Positions 49,218 through 59,193 of a DNA stretch of 64,000 nt are shown here, one piece after another. Where the stretch lies: positions 850 to 64,849 of the forward strand of contig CAYPSN010000002.1 in assembly GCA_964413715.1 (NCBI GenBank), read 5' to 3'. The stretch's first letter is position 1. The number at the start of each line of letters is the position of its first letter. The notes under the pieces are model-generated. The model made no database searches, had not been told where the DNA came from, and was given only the letters and a program-made list of their open reading frames with translations. Source of the DNA: an uncultured Candidatus Saccharibacteria bacterium. Its GTDB lineage: Bacteria; Patescibacteriota; Saccharimonadia; CAILAD01; JADZBC01. Both the position numbers and the translations under genes were made by a program.

Positions 49218-51254
49218 CTAAACTTCGATGACCACAGGCACGACAATTGGATTGCGCTTGGTCACTTTGTACAAGTAGTTCGACAATTCGTCGCGCATTT
49301 TCGTCTTGATAATCAGCGAATTCGGCGGTGTTGAACGATCTCGCGAATCAAAGATGTTTTTGACTATTTGTCGCGACTTGTTAATCAACTCTTCGTTGTC
49401 CTTCATATACACAAAGCCACGCGAAATGATGTCTGGGCTGGTGGTGAGACGGCCAGAACGCTTATCAACTGTAGCAATTGCTGTGAATATTCCGTCACTT
49501 CCCATCGCCTTTCGGTCGTTCAATACAACCGCCTGCACGTCGCCAATGCCATTACCATCGATAAACACAATGCCGTTTTGTACAATCGGGCCTTTTTGCA
49601 CTGTCTTACCATCTGCTACCAAAGTTTGGCCGTTTTCAATTACAAACACATGGTCGTTATCGTAGCCTTTGCGCTCAGCAATCTTGGCATTGTGAACCAA
49701 GTGATGAACTTCGCCATGAATTGGCAAGAAGTACTTAGGTCGAACCAAGTCAATCATCTCTTCAATTTCTTCGGTCCAAGCGTGACCCGAAGTGTGTAGG
49801 ATGCCTAAATCATCGAACTTGGCCGTAGCACCTTGGTACACATATGTTCCCCAGCGGTACAAATTGTCTACCATACCCCAAACCGACTTCTCATTGCCCG
49901 GGATGATTGAGGAACTCAAGATAACCACGTCGGTTTCTTTGAGCTTCACATCGCGATGTTCGCCACGACCCATACGGTTCAGGCCACCCATTTCCTCGCC
50001 CTGTGATCCGGTAGTTAGAACAGCCAACTGACCATCTTGGTACTTACCCATTTCTTGAGCGTTAATCATCAGTCCGGTTGGTACCTTAACGTAACCTAGC
50101 TTCATAGCCAGCTCAATGTTATTGAGCATACTGCGGCCAGTCACTACCAACTTACGGTTAGCCTTGGCAATAGCATCAATAATGATCTGCATACGCGTAA
50201 CCTGACTCGAGAACGACGCAATGATAACGCGTTTATTGTAGTTCTGAATCAGAACATCATCGATAGTCTCAACAATTTCCTGTTCAGTTGGTGACTTTCC
50301 TACCACCTCACAGTTCGTACTATCACTCATCAGCATCAACACGCCTTCATCACCCAATTCTTTCAGGCGCTGCTTATTAGAAAGCTTACCGTCCACTGGG
50401 TTTTCTTCGAATCGCCAGTCGCCGGTGTCGATTATGGTACCGACTGGTGTACGAATAGCGAGCGCACAAGCATCAGGGATTGAGTGGGTAATGCGGATAA
50501 ACTCTACCGAGAAAACACCGGCTTGAATGCGTTCACCTGCGTCTTGGTCGACAATACGCAAGTCTGGCTTAAACGGCAAACGATATTCTTCAAGCTGGCG
50601 CTCAATGAATTTAATGCTAAATTTCGCACCAAACACTGGTGCTGGCATTTTAGGTAGCAGGAATGGCACACCACCAACGTGATCGAGGTGAGCGTGAGTT
50701 ATAAAGTGCCCACGGATTTTATGCTTTCGTTCTTCAAGATACGTAACGTCGGGGATAATGAGGTCTACCCCTGGCTCATCGATTCCTGGGAACGAAAAGC
50801 CCAAGTCCAACACGATAATGTCGTCTTCGTACTCCAAGGCCATGACGTTTTTACCAATTTCGCCAAGTCCGCCGAGCGGGATGATTTTGAGCTTACCAGC
50901 GTCGGCTTTGCTGGTTTGAGCACGCACTACTTTTGGCGCAGTGCTGTTTTGATTAAAGCTACCAGTCACAAAGTTAGATCGTCCATCACGACCACGTCGT
51001 GGACCACCTGGTCGTCCACCACTGCGTGGCCCACGCTGCTGACCCGATTGGCTACGCGACTTGCCGCCACGGTTTTGACCTTCGCCGTCTTTCGGCTGCG
51101 AGCGTCGGTTATTGTTATTTTGTCGAGTGTCCTGCGTGGTTGGCTGCACGAGCGTATCTCTGGCAGGAGTCGATGATTTTGCAATTGGCTTCTTACTGGC
51201 CGGCATACCGAGATCCTCGGCGCTTAATGGTCGTGAAGCTAAATTATTACTCAT
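49218..51254 (-). CDS. rnj: Ribonuclease J with a low-complexity N-terminal extension
   Basis: PLGGLGEIGKN, THAHLDHVG, HSIPD, GSQGE, HTSGH, PIHGE. Confidence 0.95.
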   Translation of the reverse strand: MSNNLASRPLSAEDLGMPASKKPIAKSSTPARDTLVQPTTQDTRQNNNNRRSQPKDGEGQNRGGKSRSQSGQQRGPRSGGRPGGPRRGRDGRSNFVTGSFNQNSTAPKVVRAQTSKADAGKLKIIPLGGLGEIGKNVMALEYEDDIIVLDLGFSFPGIDEPGVDLIIPDVTYLEERKHKIRGHFITHAHLDHVGGVPFLLPKMPAPVFGAKFSIKFIERQLEEYRLPFKPDLRIVDQDAGERIQAGVFSVEFIRITHSIPDACALAIRTPVGTIIDTGDWRFEENPVDGKLSNKQRLKELGDEGVLMLMSDSTNCEVVGKSPTEQEIVETIDDVLIQNYNKRVIIASFSSQVTRMQIIIDAIAKANRKLVVTGRSMLNNIELAMKLGYVKVPTGLMINAQEMGKYQDGQLAVLTTGSQGEEMGGLNRMGRGEHRDVKLKETDVVILSSSIIPGNEKSVWGMVDNLYRWGTYVYQGATAKFDDLGILHTSGHAWTEEIEEMIDLVRPKYFLPIHGEVHHLVHNAKIAERKGYDNDHVFVIENGQTLVADGKTVQKGPIVQNGIVFIDGNGIGDVQAVVLNDRKAMGSDGIFTAIATVDKRSGRLTTSPDIISRGFVYMKDNEELINKSRQIVKNIFDSRDRSTPPNSLIIKTKMRDELSNYLYKVTKRNPIVVPVVIEV

Positions 51255-51358
51255 AGATATAAATTTTCCTTTCTTTACTGGTTATGAGTCATTCTGAATA
51301 TGATTCAGAATCCCTGGTCCTACTAAACGGGTGTTTAGCGAGAGACCCTGAAATCTAT

Positions 51359-51955
51359 TCACAAGGACAGTTTTTTAAGAATGCTGGGGATTTTTTGAAA
51401 ATCTTCCTGCAAAGTAGCCCGCATACCGCCGTTATACAACGCTGCTGCCGGGTGATACAGAGGCAAGAATACTTGGTTGGCCAACGTTAGCTCGCCAACT
51501 TTTACCGTCTGCTTAATAGCATGGCCGTGTGCTTGGCTAATTTTCAAATCCGGGAAGAAAACATTCATAGAATGCCGGCCCAAAAACACCACGAGCTTCG
51601 GCCGGATTACTTTGATCTGTTCAATCAGGTACGGCAGACAAGCTGCAATTTCTTCTTTGCTCGGGTCACGATTGTCGGGTGGACGAAACTTTACAATGTT
51701 GGTTATAAACACGTCTTCGCGCCGTAAGCCAATAAGTTCGAGCATTTCGCCCAGGAACTTTCCGCTTGCACCCACGAAAGGTCGCCCTTCCCTATCTTCC
51801 TGTGCCCCGGGGGCTTCACCCACAAACATGATGTCTGCTTCTGGGTCACCCTCGCCGGGCACAGGGTTCAAGCAACTGTGCGCGATGTCGATGGCAAGTT
51901 CGCGGCTTTTGATCCGGTCGGCAATTGCATCGAGCTGTGTTGCTTGGTCTGACAT
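51359..51955 (-). CDS. Uracil-DNA glycosylase, family 4
   Basis: GEAPGAQED, PFVGASG, RPPDNRDP, YHPAA. Confidence 0.92.
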   Translation of the reverse strand: MSDQATQLDAIADRIKSRELAIDIAHSCLNPVPGEGDPEADIMFVGEAPGAQEDREGRPFVGASGKFLGEMLELIGLRREDVFITNIVKFRPPDNRDPSKEEIAACLPYLIEQIKVIRPKLVVFLGRHSMNVFFPDLKISQAHGHAIKQTVKVGELTLANQVFLPLYHPAAALYNGGMRATLQEDFQKIPSILKKLSL

Positions 51956-51965
51956 GTCAATTAGC

Positions 51966-54113
51966 TTACTGCTCGTCGAGAACCTTTTTACTGAGATTCA
52001 ATCGGCCTTGGCCATCGATCTCCACAAGCTTCACGTCAAACTCATCACCTTCTTTGAGAACCTTGTGAATGTCCTCGACACGATCTTTGGAAATTTGGCT
52101 AATGTGCAGCAGCCCATCTTTGCCAGGCATGATCTCCATAAAAGCACCGAAGTCCATAATGCGCACCACCTTGCCGTGGTACACTTTGCCAACTTCTGGT
52201 TCGGCCACAAGCATTTCGATCCATTCTTTGGCCGCACGAGCAGCAGACTCATCGCGCGATGCAATCATAACCAACCCACTGTCGTCGATGTCAATTTCGA
52301 CACCAGTTTCGTCGATAATTCGATTGATCATTTCGCCGCCCTTACCGATCACTTCGCGGATCTTATCGGGGTTAATGTTCAGCTTCGTGATGCGTGGTGC
52401 ATACGGGCTGAGTTCTGTACGTGGCGCATCAAGAATTGCCAAGAGCTTGCCCATAATGTGCGTTCTGCCCTCTTGAGCTTGTGCTAGGGCGTTTTTCATA
52501 ATCTCAATCGTAATGCCTTTGACTTTAATGTCCATCTGAAGCGCCGTAATGCCGTCATCGGTTCCAGCTACCTTAAAGTCCATGTCACCCGCAAAGTCCT
52601 CAGTGCCTTGGATGTCTGATAGCACTACATAAGTGCCGGGCTTATCATGGTCAAGCACTAAGCCCATAGCAATCCCAGCCACCGGCTTGCGCAGAGGCAC
52701 ACCAGCGTCCATCAAGCTCAAAGTTGAACCACACACACTAGCCATCGAGGTTGAGCCATTTGAGCTCAAGATTTCGGAAACGACACGAATTGTGTACGGA
52801 AATTCTTCTACATCAGGTATCATGGCGGCCAAGGCCTTTTCGGCCAAATAGCCGTGGCCAATTTCGCGACGACCAGCCGAGCGCATTGGCTTAGCTTCGC
52901 CCGTGGAATATGGTGGGAAGTTATAGTGATGCATGTAGCGCTTCTTACTGTCTTCTTCCATGGTGTCGATCAGCTGTGCGTCGCTTGCTGGACCAAGCGT
53001 TACTACGCTGAGCGCTTGTGTGCTGCCGCGAGTAAATAGTGCTGAACCATGGGTGCGTGGCAATAAGCCAACTTGTCCGCTAATAGGTCGAATTTCGGTA
53101 GTAGCACGTCCATCGGGTCGCGCACCATCTTTCAAAATCGCCCGGCGGATTTCCATATCAATTACTTTACCGAAGGCATCACCAACTACGCCACGTGCAT
53201 AACGACCAGCATTAGCGCTGTCCATTGGGTCGTTTTCGATAAATGCAAGCTCATCAAGCACAGACTGCTTGAGTTCCTGAATAGACTGCTGGCGCAGCTT
53301 AGCATCTTTGTGTCGGACGCCTTCGCCTAGTTTGCCATCAAGCAAGTGAGCAACTTTTTCCACTACTTCATTCTCGGGGGTACTGAGCTCGTACTGCTGC
53401 GGCTTCACGCCAACGGCGCGCACCATTTCTTCTTGCAGCCCTACAACTGGCTGCCAAGTTTGTTTGGCTAATTCCAGGCCTTGAATGATCGTGTCTTCAT
53501 CCACCTCGTCAGCCTCTGCTTCCACCATCATAATAGCGTCTTTTGTACCGGCTACTACCAGGCTTAATTTGCTCTCAAGCAATTCCTCAGTTGTTGGGTA
53601 CGCTATGAGCTTACCGTCGACCAAACCAACCCTACAGGCACCAACTGGTCCTTCGAACGGTGCGCCTGATAGCATCAAGGCGCTCGAAGCCGCGATAATA
53701 CTTACGACGTCAGGACTGTGCTCCAGGTCAGCACTCAGCACCACCACTACTACCTGCACATCATTACGGTAACCTTTTGGAAACAGTGGTCGAATTGGGC
53801 GGTCAATCAAGCGACTGGTCAAAATAGCCTGCTCACTCGGTCGGCCTTCGCGCTTAACAAACCGACTACCTGAAATCTTGCCTGCAGCATACATCCGCTC
53901 CTCGTAGTCGACCATGAGCGGGAAAAAATCAACACCTTCGCGCGGCTCATTGGCAATCGTTGCCGTCGCCATTACCACAGTGTCGCCGTAACGAACGGTT
54001 ACAGCACCGTCGGCCATAAATGCCAACTTACCTGTCTCGATTGTGAGTTCGCGCCCAGCAAACTGGGTGCTAAATTGTTGTGTTTTACACCCAAATGGAT
54101 GGATTATCTCCAT
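51966..54113 (-). CDS. pnp: Polyribonucleotide nucleotidyltransferase
   Basis: RLIDRPIRPLFP, RREIGHG, SNGSTSMAS, GDMDFKVAG, KH and S1 domains. Confidence 0.97.
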   Translation of the reverse strand: MEIIHPFGCKTQQFSTQFAGRELTIETGKLAFMADGAVTVRYGDTVVMATATIANEPREGVDFFPLMVDYEERMYAAGKISGSRFVKREGRPSEQAILTSRLIDRPIRPLFPKGYRNDVQVVVVVLSADLEHSPDVVSIIAASSALMLSGAPFEGPVGACRVGLVDGKLIAYPTTEELLESKLSLVVAGTKDAIMMVEAEADEVDEDTIIQGLELAKQTWQPVVGLQEEMVRAVGVKPQQYELSTPENEVVEKVAHLLDGKLGEGVRHKDAKLRQQSIQELKQSVLDELAFIENDPMDSANAGRYARGVVGDAFGKVIDMEIRRAILKDGARPDGRATTEIRPISGQVGLLPRTHGSALFTRGSTQALSVVTLGPASDAQLIDTMEEDSKKRYMHHYNFPPYSTGEAKPMRSAGRREIGHGYLAEKALAAMIPDVEEFPYTIRVVSEILSSNGSTSMASVCGSTLSLMDAGVPLRKPVAGIAMGLVLDHDKPGTYVVLSDIQGTEDFAGDMDFKVAGTDDGITALQMDIKVKGITIEIMKNALAQAQEGRTHIMGKLLAILDAPRTELSPYAPRITKLNINPDKIREVIGKGGEMINRIIDETGVEIDIDDSGLVMIASRDESAARAAKEWIEMLVAEPEVGKVYHGKVVRIMDFGAFMEIMPGKDGLLHISQISKDRVEDIHKVLKEGDEFDVKLVEIDGQGRLNLSKKVLDEQ

Positions 54114-54270
54114 ACATCTCCTCTTCTCTCTTTGTCTATATGCAAAGAGTTCTCGTCATAAGTGCCAGAGACAATTGATCAAATAATTAATCACTTAACT
54201 CTATCACTTACATACGAGCAAATTAGTTATTCTTTTTATACCAAAAGGTACGTTTTGCGATACGCAAACT

Positions 54271-54537
54271 CTAGCGTCGAAGTCCGAGTTTTTTTACAAC
54301 TGCGTCGTAGCGCTTGGTGTCTTTCTTCTGTAAATAGTCCAAAAGACGTCGTCTTTTACTCACCATAGCTAGCAAACCACGGCGACTGTGATTGTCACCT
54401 TTGTGGATTTTTAGATGCTCTGTAAGTTGCTTGATTTTTTCAGTAAACAAAGCAATTTGAACCTCTGGCGAGCCAGTGTCCTTACCATGCACAGCATGTG
54501 CTTTAATGAGTGTTTTCTTTTCTTTCGTTTGCAACAT
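54271..54537 (-). CDS. rpsO: 30S ribosomal protein S15
   Basis: [24 protein letters not shown]. Confidence 0.97.
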   Translation of the reverse strand: MLQTKEKKTLIKAHAVHGKDTGSPEVQIALFTEKIKQLTEHLKIHKGDNHSRRGLLAMVSKRRRLLDYLQKKDTKRYDAVVKKLGLRR

Positions 54538-54567
54538 CGTTTCCTTACTTTAGCAGATTATGCGTAA

Positions 54568-55215
54568 TTAATCAATAAGAACAGCGTTTTTGAGGTCGTT
54601 TTCACCGATACGTGTACGCTTCAGCGCACTCATATATGCTCCGGTCTTCAAGTGCGCACCGATGTCTTCGACCAAACTGCGTATGTAAGTGCCGCTTGAT
54701 ACATGAGTCCGAAATGTGACTTTGGGGTAGTGGTAAGTCATAAGTTCCAGGGAAAATATGGTAACGGGGCGGGCTTCAAGCGTCACCTCTTGGCCGGCTC
54801 GAGCCAACTTATAGGCGCGTTGGCCGCCAATTTTGATAGCAGAATACGCTGGCGGTGTCTGCATAATTTCGCCCGTAAAGAAATTGAGCGCCGCTTCCAC
54901 CTCTTCCCTACTTGGTTCGAGAGCAGAGATATGTGTCAGTTCGCCTTCACGATCACCCGTGGTGGAAGTGCTGCCAAGCGTTGCCTCTACCTCATAAACC
55001 TTATCGAGCTTCAAAAAATTATCTGCCTGGCGAGTGTATTCCTTGCCAACCAGGATAATCATAAGTCCTTCGGCCTGAGGATCAAGCGTACCGGCATGGC
55101 CCACTTTGCGAATGCCCGTAGCGCGGCGTACTTGCGCCACCACGCCGAATGAACTTATGCCAACTGGCTTATGTACCAGCCACACTCCCTCGCCGGATAT
55201 TTTTTGCTGCTTCAT
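54568..55215 (-). CDS. truB: tRNA pseudouridine(55) synthase TruB (short form)
   Basis: KVGHAGTLDP, PPAYSAIK, GTYIRSL. Confidence 0.95.
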   Translation of the reverse strand: MKQQKISGEGVWLVHKPVGISSFGVVAQVRRATGIRKVGHAGTLDPQAEGLMIILVGKEYTRQADNFLKLDKVYEVEATLGSTSTTGDREGELTHISALEPSREEVEAALNFFTGEIMQTPPAYSAIKIGGQRAYKLARAGQEVTLEARPVTIFSLELMTYHYPKVTFRTHVSSGTYIRSLVEDIGAHLKTGAYMSALKRTRIGENDLKNAVLID

Positions 55216-55230
55216 GTTTACTAGTATAGC

Positions 55231-56364
55231 CTAGGCTACTTCAAGCGGACTCTTCAGGGCGGATTTTAAACTGGCTGCCTCGACTGCCGTTGATTCTGCC
55301 TGACCATGGTCCGATTTGCTTACTGGGCTGCTCTGCTTTGCTGTTGGAGAGTTTTTTTTTGAGCCGCTTTTTGACTCATCATCGTCGCCTGCACTGTTTT
55401 CCTCTTTCGGCTCTTCCTTTTTAGACTCTTCTGGGGCATCAATTACCGGCTTCTCTGACTTGTCTTCTTTAGCAGGCTTCTCTTCGGCAGGTTTATCTTC
55501 AGATTTTTCTTCTGAGCGCTTGTCTTCTGCGGGCTTAGCTTCTGCCTTTGGCGCAGAATAAACCTTATCCGAGCTCGCCGTAGTTGCTGGCTTTGGCTCA
55601 GTCTTGTCTTTATCTTTCATAGCCAATGCTTTTACGACCGCTTGCTGTTTAGCACCAGCAGAAATCATCTGTGCAGCAATCGTCAGAGCCTTAGCGGTTG
55701 TGGCGGGAGCAGTAAAATTAGCCGTAGTCGACATGAAGCTCGCCAAAAACGCCGTAGCAATTGGCGCATCAATCATGCCTTGGCCAAGGGATTCAATTGT
55801 AGAAATCAAGATTTCTGCCACACAGGTAGCACTGGTATCCACCAGGTTCACGCTACCATATTGCTCATTAATGCGGTGGTAATCAATGTTAATTAAGTGC
55901 AAACCATCGAATATGGTTGGGTTTGCCTCGTGCAAGCGATCAAGCTTAGCAAGCGATGGCACACCTAGGGCGATAACCAGATCAAACTGGTAGGCACCGT
56001 AGCCAAATGTAACGTCTTTGGCAGTAAAATTTCCGCCATGCGGTGTAATAGTAATGTCCAGATTGCTGCCGTTCACATCGTAACGAACCTTATCAACCTG
56101 AGTTGACCGCATATCAACGCTGACCACAAAGTCCCGCACGCCCTGCATGTCGCCCGCCACCATCGAGGTGTCTAGGATGCTTGCCACTTTAGGTAAGCGA
56201 TCGGTAATTACAATATTCGCCACCTTACCTAACTTCGTAAGTACAGCATGTAAACCAACGGCACTAGCCAGTTGGTCATTGCTTGGTTCGCGGCCAGTCA
56301 CAATTAGAATGTTTTCGGCCTGGCGAATCAGTTCGGTTGTTTGCTGTTTAGGTGTTAAATCCAT
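55231..56364 (-). CDS. DHH-family (NrnA-like) protein, degenerate, with a charged tail
   Basis: ILIV...NDQLAS, INIDYHRIN, ATCVAEI. Confidence 0.7.
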   Translation of the reverse strand: MDLTPKQQTTELIRQAENILIVTGREPSNDQLASAVGLHAVLTKLGKVANIVITDRLPKVASILDTSMVAGDMQGVRDFVVSVDMRSTQVDKVRYDVNGSNLDITITPHGGNFTAKDVTFGYGAYQFDLVIALGVPSLAKLDRLHEANPTIFDGLHLINIDYHRINEQYGSVNLVDTSATCVAEILISTIESLGQGMIDAPIATAFLASFMSTTANFTAPATTAKALTIAAQMISAGAKQQAVVKALAMKDKDKTEPKPATTASSDKVYSAPKAEAKPAEDKRSEEKSEDKPAEEKPAKEDKSEKPVIDAPEESKKEEPKEENSAGDDDESKSGSKKNSPTAKQSSPVSKSDHGQAESTAVEAASLKSALKSPLEVA

Positions 56365-56485
56365 AAATTACCTTTGAGGTGTAATATAATAGCAATTTTT
56401 TGACGTTTTGTCAATACCAGCACAAGCTTTTTGGCAGTTTTGGCTAAAAAGACAAATGGCCCGGGGATGAATCCCCGGGCCATGT

Positions 56486-56728
56486 TCATGCCTCACCCGT
56501 GAAGCTCTTGATGCAAAGCCCAATGAACCAGTAAAAGAACACACTGGCCACCAGCCACACCGCCAAGGGGTGGAAGCCCCATAGGCAGATAGCCGGGTAT
56601 AGACCGAACAGTCCGCTGGTGATGAGCTTCGCCAACAGCAACACCCGCTTCTTCATGTCGGGGTCTGGCCAGCTGGGATCCTCATGGTCAGATTCGCCGC
56701 TCCAACCAGGAAGTTGGTTCCGGTCCAT
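56486..56728 (-). CDS. GC-rich small 2-TM protein (islet)
   Basis: AAAGGAG SD then ATG 56728; two hydrophobic helices; hairpin 56456-56483. Confidence 0.7.
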   Translation of the reverse strand: MDRNQLPGWSGESDHEDPSWPDPDMKKRVLLLAKLITSGLFGLYPAICLWGFHPLAVWLVASVFFYWFIGLCIKSFTGEA

Positions 56729-56912
56729 GTCACGCTCCTTTGTAGCGTAGAGGTGTGTTGTCAAATTCCTTATACGAACCTGGGCGAATTTTACGCCCCA
56801 CAGCTCAGAAAAACAAGCCGCACTACGATAATCTCATTGACTTTAGCTTCGAAATTGACTAGTATATATAACCCTGTCCGCTTTACCCAAGCTCAAAGCA
56901 AAGGAAGAAAAG

Positions 56913-57071
56913 GTGCACTGCACACACAATCCCTGCAAACTCACGTGTCCACTCGTTCAATCGATCCTCTCTTGGATCATGGACGCGCTCGACCTCCTGG
57001 GCGACATGATGCTGGGCGCTGCCGAAGCGCTCTGCCATGACATGCACAGGCTACCCCTGTGTAGCCGGTAA
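56913..57071 (+). CDS. 52-aa Cys/His-containing peptide (islet; below the ORF-track cutoff)
   Basis: MHCTHNPCKLTCPLVQSILSWIMDALDLLGDMMLGAAEALCHDMHRLPLCSR; promoter TTGACT-17-TAGTAT at 56837; AAAGGA SD; 3' hairpin 57086-57113. Confidence 0.55.
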   Translation: MHCTHNPCKLTCPLVQSILSWIMDALDLLGDMMLGAAEALCHDMHRLPLCSR

Positions 57072-57203
57072 GCAAGCGGACAGGCGCACTCGGAGCCTCA
57101 CGGCTTCGGGTGCTCAGTCCAGCAATTATCGCCTGTCTTTACAGGTAAGCAGAATTACGCTATAATAAGCGCTGTTTTAATTCACTTTTAAGAAAGAGAT
57201 TCA

Positions 57204-57611
57204 ATGCCAATTATTAAATCAGCCATCAAACGAGTTCGTCAGCAAAAAGTTCGACGTGCTCGCAACGTGGCCACCAAAACTGAAGTCCGTAAGCAGATTA
57301 AGACGTTTCGTGCCGATGTAGTCGCAGCCGACCTGAAAAAGGCTCAAAGCGACTTAGTCGACGCAATCTCGAAGCTTGACCGAGCTGTAAAGCGTGGCGT
57401 AATGCACAAAAACACTGCTGCCCGCAAAAAAAGCCAACTCACACGCGAATACAACGCCGTAGCTGCCAAGCCATATGGCACCGAAAACCCTGGCTCCGCT
57501 AAGCCAAAGGCTGTCAAACCAGCAGCTAAGAAAGCAGCACCTGCAGCCAAGAAGACTCCGGCCAAAAAAGCTGCTCCAAAAGCAGCGGCCAAAAAGCCTG
57601 CTAGCAAGTAA
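57204..57611 (+). CDS. rpsT: 30S ribosomal protein S20 with an Ala/Lys/Pro tail
   Basis: IKSAIKRVRQ, MHKNTAARKKS. Confidence 0.95.
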   Translation: MPIIKSAIKRVRQQKVRRARNVATKTEVRKQIKTFRADVVAADLKKAQSDLVDAISKLDRAVKRGVMHKNTAARKKSQLTREYNAVAAKPYGTENPGSAKPKAVKPAAKKAAPAAKKTPAKKAAPKAAAKKPASK

Positions 57612-57624
57612 TATTTGCTAGGCT

Positions 57625-57664
57625 CTAATCTAAAAACCCCTCGAATGAGGGGTTTTTAGATTAG
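57625..57664. terminator. Bidirectional terminator
   Basis: CTAATCTAAAAACCCCTC/GAGGGGTTTTTAGATTAG. Confidence 0.85.
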
Positions 57665-58239
57665 AAAGCCGGGTCAGCGGTCTCTACGCCTTCCGGCATA
57701 TCCCGCCACGCCACAGGAATTACACATACGGGCTCTATATCCGCATAAGAACGCCATTCGTCACCCCTATGGTGTTCAAAATTTGCCGCATCAAAAACAT
57801 ACACATAGCCCGGCTCCTCCGCATGCCTTGCTGAATCAAGCATGTCGGCAGTGGCATAGAATCGCCATCGGTCGGCAGATCCTCCCCAGCCACTATGACT
57901 ACCTTTGCCTGCAGCACCATGCCCCCTTAATACACCCATAAATATTGCGGGGTCAATGCTCCGAGCCGCACAAACTGCTGGCTCTCCATCTGGAATATTT
58001 TCGCCAGTCTTAGGGTTAAATTGCATTTGCTGTCTTGGTTCGAGATGCGCCAGCTTTCTATCGGTACCATGAAAAACATAATCGCCATTCCTAGCAAGCC
58101 ACTCTAGTGCCTCGCGTCCAGTAACTACGCCCATTTCCACGGCTTTTTCTGGTCCAAGCGCAGCCAATTGAGCTTCAACTCCTAGAGCTACATTACTATC
58201 GCGCCTGATAGGGCCAGGATGTTCTGGCTTTTCTTTCAT
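57661..58239 (-). CDS. Hypothetical protein
   Basis: YVFHGT...LEPRQ...AIFM...GYVYVFD...EWRS; loosely ADP-ribosyltransferase-like (HG motif), unconfirmed. Confidence 0.65.
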   Translation of the reverse strand: MKEKPEHPGPIRRDSNVALGVEAQLAALGPEKAVEMGVVTGREALEWLARNGDYVFHGTDRKLAHLEPRQQMQFNPKTGENIPDGEPAVCAARSIDPAIFMGVLRGHGAAGKGSHSGWGGSADRWRFYATADMLDSARHAEEPGYVYVFDAANFEHHRGDEWRSYADIEPVCVIPVAWRDMPEGVETADPAF

Positions 58240-58249
58240 AAATTCTAAC

Positions 58250-59179
58250 CTACCCTTCCTTCTTGCAGAGTGCAATAATCAGATTCTGCGTGGCGCTACT
58301 GCTATCGAGCATGCCAGTCTTGATACTGTAATCAGCTTCTACGATCAGTGCATATGCCCGACGCAAATCATCCAGCGTCATTTTCATAGCTACTTGCATA
58401 GCTTTTTCGGCAGGGTATGGCTTAATGCCAAATTGCTTAGCCCAACCACTTCCCTGGCCAGCGTTATCGTGTGCCAACACAATATTGCGATACTGCCCCA
58501 CGAGCATTGCGATGATCTGCTGGTCAGCCACCCCCTGCCGTACCAAATTCTTGTATGTCGACATAGCTCGATCCAGGTTTTGCGCCACCACCGCGTCAGT
58601 AAGTTCAAAAATCGTCTGCTCTACATTGGCCACCACTAATTCTTCAATTGCTGTCTGTGTAACGTTTTTATCATAAGCCACCAGCTTTTGAATCTCTTGT
58701 GCCAGCTGCCACTGGTCATTACCAATACGCCTGAGTAAGCTCATGGCAAGTGCGGGCGAAATTGTTCCGCCGTGGCGCTGGGCCTGCTGCACTATCCAAT
58801 CACGCAGTGCCACGTCACTAAGCTGCTTAAATTCCTTCGCCTGCTTCAAGGCAGAGAGTTTCTTAAAGTAACTACTACGCCGATCAACCTTCGGCTCCTC
58901 TATAAGTAGCACCGTACTATCGGCAACAGAAGCCAAAACTTCATCAATCTTTTCTACAGCCTTTTTATTGTCACCCAACCCGCGTAGAATGATGAACCGA
59001 CTACTTGCCAACAGCGGCATTACTGCTAGGGCATCGAGCAAGTTGCCCACCGAATGTTCGGCCATATCGATTACTTCTAAGTTTAAATCCCCATCAGATT
59101 TTTTGGCATAATGGCCCTTTAGCCGCTCCACTTCTTGCCGCATCGCGTAGCTGTTTTCGCCATAAAAGAATAGAATCAT
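58250..59179 (-). CDS. holA: DNA polymerase III delta subunit
   Basis: MILFFYGENSY, EIQKL, TIFELTDA, ADYSIKTG; adjacent to rpsT. Confidence 0.92.
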   Translation of the reverse strand: MILFFYGENSYAMRQEVERLKGHYAKKSDGDLNLEVIDMAEHSVGNLLDALAVMPLLASSRFIILRGLGDNKKAVEKIDEVLASVADSTVLLIEEPKVDRRSSYFKKLSALKQAKEFKQLSDVALRDWIVQQAQRHGGTISPALAMSLLRRIGNDQWQLAQEIQKLVAYDKNVTQTAIEELVVANVEQTIFELTDAVVAQNLDRAMSTYKNLVRQGVADQQIIAMLVGQYRNIVLAHDNAGQGSGWAKQFGIKPYPAEKAMQVAMKMTLDDLRRAYALIVEADYSIKTGMLDSSSATQNLIIALCKKEG

Positions 59180-59193
59180 ATACCTATTGTACC

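Noticed and set aside
51477-52487. 336-aa + strand ORF and similar antisense ORFs over pilB, ftsK and rnj
   Set aside because: Antisense shadows of conserved genes with no start signals or motifs
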